A DNA stretch of 64,000 nucleotides from assembly GCA_027320085.1 (NCBI GenBank), contig DAHVLZ010000018.1, positions 32,001 to 96,000 on the forward strand, given 5' to 3'. Position 1 is the first letter of the stretch; the number at the start of each line of letters is the position of its first letter. This document shows, piece after piece, positions 57,292 through 64,000 of the stretch. The translations under genes were made by a program, and so were the position numbers. The stretch comes from Pseudomonadota bacterium. Lineage in GTDB: Bacteria > Pseudomonadota > Gammaproteobacteria > JAKAQQ01. The notes under the pieces were generated by a model. It made no database searches, was not told where the DNA came from, and saw only the letters and a program-made list of their open reading frames with translations.

Positions 57292-59484
57292 GTGAAAAAG
57301 CGCGCTTTTCCGGAAGTCTTGGGAAATTCTGAGAGGCATTCGGACGGGATCGCGTCCCGAGGCGCTGTTCGGGGTGTAAGTCCGCCCCCGTCACGAAATC
57401 TTCAGGATTCTCTCCCGAAAAATCCAGCGGCACCCGTTTCCAGCCCGGTGGACCCGCAATCCCGGACGGATGCAGGTGCACTGGATTTCAGTGATCCCAC
57501 GATTCTCAATCCGTGTTTTTTGGGTTCGAGTGGTGAAAACGGGGAGATCTTCGAACGCCTTCTCGTGGATTTGGTCCGGGACCACCTCTACTGGAGACGC
57601 AATTTCCACCCCGAGGATCCACCGCCCATACCGGTGCTTGCGGCGCATGAGCCGACTTACGTGGCGTTTATGGACCGCCTGCGAACCGAACTCAATACCC
57701 TGACCGCGGCGCTCAAGCGTTCGGTTCCCTTTTTCAATCCCCGCTATCTCGGCCACATGGTTTCCGACACCCTGTTGCCCGGGCTTCTGGCCCAACTGGT
57801 GACGACGCTCTACAACCCCAACAATGTGAGTCCAGAAGCAGCCCCGGTGACACTTGCACTCGAACTCGAAGTGGGACGTCAGTTGGCCCGCATGTTCGGA
57901 TGGGAGACCGATCCTGGGAAAACCCCGTGCGCCTGGGGTCACCTGACCTCCGGCGGTACACTTGCGAATTTCGAGAGCCTGGTCAACCTTCGGGCCATCC
58001 GCTGTTATCCGCTGGCACTCCGGGAGGCGCTCCTCGCCGTAGACGGGGCACCCGGATTCACCTTGGATGACGGCCGCTCCTTGGTCGAGCTGGATGACTG
58101 GACGCTCTTCAACCTGCCCTTGGACGAAGTCACCGGTCTGCCGGCCCGGCTGCGAATCCCGCCGGCCGACCCGGCGGCGCTCCGGATCTGGCACGATCTG
58201 CACGACCAACTCGCAACCCTGCGTATTGAAAGTTCCGGACTCGTGGATTTTGCCCGCCGTCATCCGTTGTGCTCGAGGATCAAGATTCTGCTCCCCCGCA
58301 CGGCGCATTATTCCTGGCACAAGGCGGCCCGTGCCTTGGGTTTCGGAACCGGACAACTCGATTTTGTGCCGGTTGACTCCAAGATGCGCCTTTCGCCGCC
58401 GGGCTTGGAGTCCCGGCTGGATGAGGCCTGCCGGAACAGGATGCCGGTTCTCGCGGTAGTGGCCATGATGGGCACTACCGAGTTTGGAACGATCGATCCG
58501 CTCCATGAGGTCGTTCAACTCCGGCACCAGTTCAGAACACGGGGACTCGAGTTCGGGTTGCATGTCGACGCCGCTTGGGGTGGGTACCTGACCTCGATCT
58601 TCCGTGACCCGGACGGGCGCTTTGTCCCGCAGGAAGAAGTCAGGCGAGGTTTTGCCCACTTCCCATCGGATTCGGTGTACGAGAGTTTCCGCGCCCTGGT
58701 CCACGCCGATTCCATCACGGTGGACCCGCACAAGCTGGGATACCTGCCCTATGGGATCGGGGGGATTGTCTGGCGCCACCGTGGGGTTCTCGACTTTATG
58801 GGCGAACGGGCGCCCTATGTCTTTGATCCGGAGACCTCCGGACCATCCGTCGAGCCCTTGGGGCCATATATTCTCGAAGGGTCAAAACCCGGTGCCCAGG
58901 CAGCGGCTTGCTGGGTGACGCACCGCGTGATGCCGCTCGACCGCTTCCATCTGGGCCGGTTGCAGCGCTTTACCATCCTGGCGGGCGAGTACTTCTATGA
59001 TCACCTGCCGAACTTGGCCGAGCGCCTTCGGGGGCAGGCCCGGGTCCTTGTGCCCTTCGAGCCGGATACGAATCTTCTTTGTCTGGCAATCAATCCGGAG
59101 GGCAATACCTCGCTCGCTGCCGCCAATCGCTTCGGCGAGTCCTTGTATGACCATCTTCGCATCGATCCGACGCGGCCAGTCCAGTTGCGCGATTTTTTCA
59201 GCTCCCACACCCGGGTTTCGGCCGAACTGCTAGGACCGGAAAACTGGTCCCGGACACTCGATGCGTTGGGCATTGACCCGGCTGCGGATACCGGGGAGGG
59301 CGACTGTCCCACTCTTTTCCTTTTGCGCCATACCCTGATGAATCCCTGGTTGCTCGATTCCCGCGAGGGGGCCAATCCGCTCGATCGTTACCTGGAATAC
59401 CTGGAAGGGTTGATCCGTGCCGAACTGGAACGGGAAAGCTGGCGACGACCCCGCCCCCGTGCAGCTCGCCCCTCCGTACCCTAA
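57292..59484 (+). CDS. Group II PLP-dependent decarboxylase (tyrosine decarboxylase-like)
   Basis: PRYLGHM, YNPNN, WGHLTSGGT.AN, HYSW.KA, GTTE.G.IDP, HVDAAWGGY, ITVDPHKLGY, LEGSKPG; start uncertain (57292 or 57448). Confidence 0.88.
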   Translation: MKKRAFPEVLGNSERHSDGIASRGAVRGVSPPPSRNLQDSLPKNPAAPVSSPVDPQSRTDAGALDFSDPTILNPCFLGSSGENGEIFERLLVDLVRDHLYWRRNFHPEDPPPIPVLAAHEPTYVAFMDRLRTELNTLTAALKRSVPFFNPRYLGHMVSDTLLPGLLAQLVTTLYNPNNVSPEAAPVTLALELEVGRQLARMFGWETDPGKTPCAWGHLTSGGTLANFESLVNLRAIRCYPLALREALLAVDGAPGFTLDDGRSLVELDDWTLFNLPLDEVTGLPARLRIPPADPAALRIWHDLHDQLATLRIESSGLVDFARRHPLCSRIKILLPRTAHYSWHKAARALGFGTGQLDFVPVDSKMRLSPPGLESRLDEACRNRMPVLAVVAMMGTTEFGTIDPLHEVVQLRHQFRTRGLEFGLHVDAAWGGYLTSIFRDPDGRFVPQEEVRRGFAHFPSDSVYESFRALVHADSITVDPHKLGYLPYGIGGIVWRHRGVLDFMGERAPYVFDPETSGPSVEPLGPYILEGSKPGAQAAACWVTHRVMPLDRFHLGRLQRFTILAGEYFYDHLPNLAERLRGQARVLVPFEPDTNLLCLAINPEGNTSLAAANRFGESLYDHLRIDPTRPVQLRDFFSSHTRVSAELLGPENWSRTLDALGIDPAADTGEGDCPTLFLLRHTLMNPWLLDSREGANPLDRYLEYLEGLIRAELERESWRRPRPRAARPSVP

Positions 59485-59506
59485 ATTAAAAAGCGCGACC
59501 TTCAGG

Positions 59507-59911
59507 TCAACCTGTCCCACGGGTGGTTTCGAGACTCATCCGCACTCGGAGAAGACGTTCACGCACGTTCCGTGCGAGGACGGGGATCGACGAACTTTCC
59601 GTGAGGCCAAGAACCGCCTCCGGGTCCATGAACGAAACCCGGGTGCATTCCGGCCGGATTTCCCGGACCACGACATTGCAGGGGAGAAGCAGGCCGATCT
59701 CGGGATCGGCGGAGAGTGCCTGATGGGCCAACTGCGGATTGCAGGCTCCGAGGATCCGGTAGGGCGAAATATCGACTCCGAGCGTGCGCCGGAAAGTGGC
59801 CTGGACGTCGATGACGGTGAGGATGCCGAAACCTTCCCGTTCCAGTGCTTGGGTGGTTCGTTCGAGAATTCGATCAAACGGCTCGGGGACTTCAACTGAA
59901 AATCCGTACAT
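59507..59911 (-). CDS. DUF302 family protein
   Basis: EGFGILTVIDV, YRILGACNP.LA.QAL, IGLLLPCNVVV. Confidence 0.93.
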   Translation of the reverse strand: MYGFSVEVPEPFDRILERTTQALEREGFGILTVIDVQATFRRTLGVDISPYRILGACNPQLAHQALSADPEIGLLLPCNVVVREIRPECTRVSFMDPEAVLGLTESSSIPVLARNVRERLLRVRMSLETTRGTG

Positions 59912-59926
59912 GGAGGATTCCCTGGG

Positions 59927-60808
59927 TCAGCGTAGGGATATCGGCCTGTGAGCTGGGGTTCCAGGCCATTTCCGACCGGAAAAAGAAGACAGGTGCAGAA
60001 AGGAAACGGTGGGGTGCTCGAACCGCCAGACCAACTGGGTCCCAAAGTAAGAGAGGGCGAGAGCGGCAAAGGCAGCCAGGGTCCATCCGGCGGCCGTCCG
60101 TCCGCGCCATCCGAAACGACGGTGACCCCAAAGCAGGAGGCCGAACAGGACCCAGGCCAGGATGGACAGCATCACCTTGGGCCAGAGACCGAGTGGACTC
60201 AGGATCCGGAAATAGGCCAGTCCGGTGCCCAGTGCCAGGGTCAAGAGCAAAAATCCCGCGATCAGGTACTGAAAGAGCATCCGTTCGATCACCAGGAGGG
60301 GAGGGAGGCTGCCGGGTCCTGCCGTCTCCGCACGGCGCAGGCGTGACTCGCGGATCCAGAGCAGGATGGCCAGTGCGGCGGCGACCCCCAGCATGCTGTA
60401 GGCGGTCAGGGAAATCAGGATATGCGCATCGAGCAGGAGATGGTTGGTCCGGAGCAATAACTCACCGCCCGGGTGGAGGGCCTGTGTGATGACGGCCAGT
60501 GCCGTGAGGGGGAAGGCCACAAGCCCTGCGCTCAAAACCGGTTCAAACCAGGATCCCCCCCAGACGACGAGGCTGATCATGAAACTCACGAGCACCAGGA
60601 CATGGATCAGGCTCAGGTTGAGCCCATCCGGCTGAAAAAGGAGATGGTCCAGTAGAAAGCCCTGGCCCAGGAGAGACAGGCCGGCACAAAACCGGCCCAA
60701 AGCCAAGAGATTTCGGGAAGATACCCGGCCTTTCAGAAAAGGAGAGACGAAAAGGGCAGCGGCCAGGTAGAGGACAGGCACAACAACCGTGAGGAGCCAA
60801 AGCTGCAT
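59927..60808 (-). CDS. Cytochrome c assembly family inner membrane protein (YpjD/CcsA-like)
   Basis: HILISL.AY, LPPL...ER.LF, GF.LLT, K..LS.LAW..F, GWRG. Confidence 0.88.
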   Translation of the reverse strand: MQLWLLTVVVPVLYLAAALFVSPFLKGRVSSRNLLALGRFCAGLSLLGQGFLLDHLLFQPDGLNLSLIHVLVLVSFMISLVVWGGSWFEPVLSAGLVAFPLTALAVITQALHPGGELLLRTNHLLLDAHILISLTAYSMLGVAAALAILLWIRESRLRRAETAGPGSLPPLLVIERMLFQYLIAGFLLLTLALGTGLAYFRILSPLGLWPKVMLSILAWVLFGLLLWGHRRFGWRGRTAAGWTLAAFAALALSYFGTQLVWRFEHPTVSFLHLSSFSGRKWPGTPAHRPISLR

Positions 60809-61110
60809 GGGGCCGATCTCCACCATTCGTCCCAAAAGCGATGAGCATATCCTAACAGGATGGCCCGGCGGATCGGGGCCTCGTACCTGCTGGAAGGCCC
60901 CGCATTCCGCTGCACTCCGAGCGGAAGGCTTTTGTCGGCCCACTGGTGGGAGGGCGCATCTCCGGCGCGTTCCGAGGGCTGATCCTTCCGTACCGCAGAC
61001 CTGCCGGATGCTGGCACCCGCTCCAACCCCCGTTTTTCGGCTGGCGAGCAGCCAAGTCACCTCCTTCAAAATAAACGAGAACCCCGCAAGCTGCCGGCTC
61101 CCCCGTGGAC

Positions 61111-61139
61111 TTGTCCATCCGGCGTTTCCTCGTTAAAAT
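61111..61139 (+). promoter_or_regulatory. Sigma70 promoter of the rpsP operon
   Basis: TTGTCC-N17-TAAAAT. Confidence 0.6.
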
Positions 61140-61171
61140 AGCCCTACTTTTTTCAAGTTTGGTTCAATTTC

Positions 61172-61411
61172 ATGGTTACGATCCGGTTGGCTCGCGGGGG
61201 AGCCAGAAAAAGGCCCTTCTATCAGGTGATCGTTGCCGATCGGCGATCCAAGCGTAATGGCCGTTTCATTGAGCGTGTGGGATTTTTCAACCCCATGGCC
61301 CATGGACCGGAGGAGCGGCTTCACCTCGAACGGGAACGGATTGACTATTGGATCTCCCAAGGAGCGAAACCCTCGGAGCGGGTTGCCCAGCTGCTTGACC
61401 TCCCACACTGA
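61172..61411 (+). CDS. rpsP: 30S ribosomal protein S16
   Basis: [35 protein letters not shown]. Confidence 0.98.
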   Translation: MVTIRLARGGARKRPFYQVIVADRRSKRNGRFIERVGFFNPMAHGPEERLHLERERIDYWISQGAKPSERVAQLLDLPH

Positions 61412-61970
61412 CCCCTTCCCTCGGGATACGGGGAGCGAAAGCCCGCTCCCACCGACGCCCGGGGTGGTTTGTGGCCGGATCGTCGGAGTTTTCGGGATCC
61501 GGGGTCAAATCAAGGTGGTTTCCTACACCGATCCCTTGGAACAGCTTTTGGGCTATCGACCGTGGGAGATCCGGACATCCCGGGGGGATGTTTTCCCCGT
61601 CGAGCCCGAAGGTTGCCAACGCCAAGGCCAGAAGCTGGTCGTCGCGCTTGCAGGGTTCACTGACCGGACTCGGTCTGAGGCTTTGGTTGGTGCCGAAATC
61701 TCGGTTCCCCGCCAATGCTTTCCCCCGTTGCCCAAGGGCCAGTTCTACTGGGTTGATCTGCTCGGACTCGAAGTCGTCGACGAGGCGGGGATCCGGCTCG
61801 GACGGGTCAGCGATCTCACCCGCGGACCGGCGGGAGACTGCCTGACCGTGGAGGGAACCCCTCCGTTGCTCATTCCCTTTGTCTGGCAGTCGACCGTGCT
61901 GGCCGTCGAGCTCGAATCCCGTCGGATCCGGATTCGTTCAGCCGGGGGGGGCCTCCCCGGTGCGCTTTGA
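61395..61970 (+). CDS. rimM: Ribosome maturation factor
   Basis: [32 protein letters not shown]; start approximate. Confidence 0.92.
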   Translation: MTSHTDPFPRDTGSESPLPPTPGVVCGRIVGVFGIRGQIKVVSYTDPLEQLLGYRPWEIRTSRGDVFPVEPEGCQRQGQKLVVALAGFTDRTRSEALVGAEISVPRQCFPPLPKGQFYWVDLLGLEVVDEAGIRLGRVSDLTRGPAGDCLTVEGTPPLLIPFVWQSTVLAVELESRRIRIRSAGGGLPGAL

Positions 61971-62682
61971 CGTCGTGACCCTCTCCCCGGAGCTCTTCGA
62001 ACCGCTCGGGCAGTTCGGAGTGATTGGCCGCGCCCTGCGGGATGGCCATGTCTTTCTCAAGACCTGGAATCTCCGTGACTTTGCCGATCCACCCCATTGG
62101 CGGGTCGACGACCGGCCGTATGGGGGTGGCCCGGGGATGGTGCTCATGGCCGAGCCGCTCTGGCGGGCCGTGGAAGCCATCCGGAAGGAGGCGCCGGCCG
62201 AAGCCCCCGTCCTCTATCTCTCGCCCCAGGGCCGGAGACTCGATCAGGCACTCGTCCAAGAGCTGGCCGCCTATCCGGGACTGATTCTGGTGTGTGGACG
62301 GTACGAGGGGGTCGATGAACGGTGGATTGAATCCCAGGCCGATGGCGAACTTTCGGTGGGCGACTTCGTGATGACTGGAGGCGAGATTCCCGCGCTTCTG
62401 GTGATCGATGCCGTAAGCCGTTATGTACCGGGAACGGTCGGGGATGAACAGTCCCTGGTCCAGGAATCCTTTCACGGGGGCCTGCTCGAGGCCCCGGCCT
62501 ATACCCGCCCGGCCTCCTGGCGGGGACGGGAGGTTCCGGAGGTTTTGTTGGGAGGGCATCACGAGGATATTGCCGCCTGGCGCAGCAACCAGGGCCGTGA
62601 ACGAACGGGCCATCGCCGTCCGGACCTGCTCGAACCGGAAACGGGGAGCCATCCGGGCCCTCTTGGCAAAACCGAAAAATAA
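61960..62682 (+). CDS. trmD: tRNA (guanine37-N1)-methyltransferase
   Basis: [41 protein letters not shown]. Confidence 0.97.
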   Translation: MRFDVVTLSPELFEPLGQFGVIGRALRDGHVFLKTWNLRDFADPPHWRVDDRPYGGGPGMVLMAEPLWRAVEAIRKEAPAEAPVLYLSPQGRRLDQALVQELAAYPGLILVCGRYEGVDERWIESQADGELSVGDFVMTGGEIPALLVIDAVSRYVPGTVGDEQSLVQESFHGGLLEAPAYTRPASWRGREVPEVLLGGHHEDIAAWRSNQGRERTGHRRPDLLEPETGSHPGPLGKTEK

Positions 62683-62716
62683 CGGCACAATTAGGGTTCA
62701 GCAGAGGTTTTTTGAC

Positions 62717-63061
62717 ATGAACAAAATCATTGCGGAAATCGAAAGCCAGGAGACCCGTCCCGAGTTTCCGGCCTTCTCGCCCGGCGATACCGTGGTGGTG
62801 CAGGTGCGCGTCAAGGAAGGCGATCGCGAGCGTCTCCAGGCCTTTGAAGGCGTGGTCATTGCGCGAAAGAACAGGGGAATCCATTCCTCTTTCACGGTCC
62901 GGAAGATCTCGCATGGAGAGGGAGTGGAACGGGTGTTCCCGCTTTTCAGTCCGCAGATTGCCGAAATCCAGCTCAAGCGCCGGGGGCGGGTTCGTTCTGC
63001 CAAGCTGTATTACCTGCGGGGCTTGAGTGGCAAGGCCGCCCGGATCCGGGAAGACGTCTAG
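62717..63061 (+). CDS. rplS: 50S ribosomal protein L19
   Basis: [45 protein letters not shown]. Confidence 0.98.
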   Translation: MNKIIAEIESQETRPEFPAFSPGDTVVVQVRVKEGDRERLQAFEGVVIARKNRGIHSSFTVRKISHGEGVERVFPLFSPQIAEIQLKRRGRVRSAKLYYLRGLSGKAARIREDV

Positions 63062-63161
63062 CCTGGATTTCTCCTTCCATCCGCCATCCCGCGAGGGGCG
63101 CCCCGAGCCGAGGCGCCTGCCCCGATTTCTGCCCCTTCCGGAATCATCCGGGGCGAAGGTT

Positions 63162-64000
63162 TTGGCCACCTTTCTTCTCCCGTTTTTCGTGGCTTCTGCC
63201 CCGGGGGCCCTGGGCGCAAAGCCGCCGGCCACACCCCACCCCTCGCGTCTTTCGACCATCCGGTTGATCGAGCGGGGAGGGGCACCCCAACTGGCTTTGG
63301 CCTGGCTCCGTCGCGAGGCGCCTCACCGGGTGGAGGATCCGCGCTGGACCCGATGGGCACGGGAACGGATTCGCCTCGAGGCGAAGACCAGACAATGGGC
63401 GGATCTCGTGCGATTCGTGGATCGCCTGCCGGACGGACTTCCCGCGGAGTTTGTTGACTGGGCCCAACTGGAGGAAGCCCGCGCCCTGATCGCACTCGGT
63501 GATTTTCGCAGTGCCCGTGCCCTGATCCGCTCCTGGATCTGGCTGGGCCACGGGATCCCGGTGGCCGGACGCCTGCGGCGAGCACGACGCCTTTTGATCG
63601 ACAGTTACGTGGACGGCGGCGATCTTGGGGATGCGGAAACAGCGCTCCAGCTCTATCGGGATGATTACCCCCGGCATTCGGCACGGCTCTTTGTCCAGGA
63701 AGCGCGTCTGCTCATTGAGAGTGGAAAGGCGCAAGCCGCGTTTCACATGCTCAAATCGGATCCGGCACCGGAAGCGCGGATCCTCACCCTGAAGGCTCTT
63801 CTCGAGTCCGGGCTTGAAACGCCCCGGTCCGTGGCCGCGCAAGCCCTCCGCCTGGGCCGAAGCCCTCTGTCTCCCCGCCTCGAGGTCAAGGCCGACCAGA
63901 TCGCCTGGGAAGCCGAGCAGTCGCAGGGACACTATGCGCCTGCCCTGCGGATCCTGATCCGGATGGTCCATCTGGCCAACCTGCCGCAATCTCGGGTCCA
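63162..64000 (+). CDS. Partial hypothetical exported helical/TPR-like protein (open at window end)
   Basis: Manual translation LATFLLPFFVASAPGALG...GAPQLALAWL...WTRWARERI...; coding-like frame absent from the ORF track because it has no stop in the window. Confidence 0.6.
   Translation, partial: MATFLLPFFVASAPGALGAKPPATPHPSRLSTIRLIERGGAPQLALAWLRREAPHRVEDPRWTRWARERIRLEAKTRQWADLVRFVDRLPDGLPAEFVDWAQLEEARALIALGDFRSARALIRSWIWLGHGIPVAGRLRRARRLLIDSYVDGGDLGDAETALQLYRDDYPRHSARLFVQEARLLIESGKAQAAFHMLKSDPAPEARILTLKALLESGLETPRSVAAQALRLGRSPLSPRLEVKADQIAWEAEQSQGHYAPALRILIRMVHLANLPQSRV

Noticed and set aside
26135-59484. tyrS plus tyrosine decarboxylase as an Enterococcus-like tdc locus
   Set aside because: The genes are about 30 kb apart with no tyrP antiporter; tyrS looks like the housekeeping copy.
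60850-61100. SRP RNA (ffs) or another ncRNA replacing ffh
   Set aside because: The conserved TCAGG-NC-GNRA-GGAAGCAGC helix-8 motif was not found on either strand.

Overview
GC-rich chromosomal window from a Gammaproteobacterium. It is probably an acidophile, inferred from the Arg/His/Lys-rich exported proteins, an S53 acid peptidase and arsRBC. Most of it is conserved housekeeping: asmA-mutY-yggX, TPR-lolB, glgB, dsbD, tyrS, aceEF, pyrC-rnt-grxD-sodB, nadC, metG-rnfB-nth, apbC-dcd, purMN, hda, rpsP-rimM-trmD-rplS, plus three tRNA genes (Phe-GAA, Gly-CCC, Arg-CCT). There are four accessory patches. (1) The edge of a decayed island at tRNA-Phe holds two P4-type integrase N-termini, 4x AGTTGCCCCC repeats and fragments of an AAA/OLD-like ATPase, HigB and a Gp49/RelE toxin. 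(2) A TSUP/lipoprotein/arsRBC islet follows tRNA-Arg. (3) An AbiEii/MenT-type nucleotidyltransferase module is doubly inactivated. (4) An 8 kb insertion between metG and apbC carries a low-GC TonB-dependent receptor with Pho-box-like sites, a possible IS630 fossil and an RND pair. I see no complete novel multi-gene system. The best leads are a JmjC oxygenase next to tRNA-Phe, the absence of ffh and ispE from their canonical loci, a structured leader upstream of the S53 peptidase, and a His/Met-rich periplasmic protein. All family assignments come from motif recognition by eye; no searches were run.
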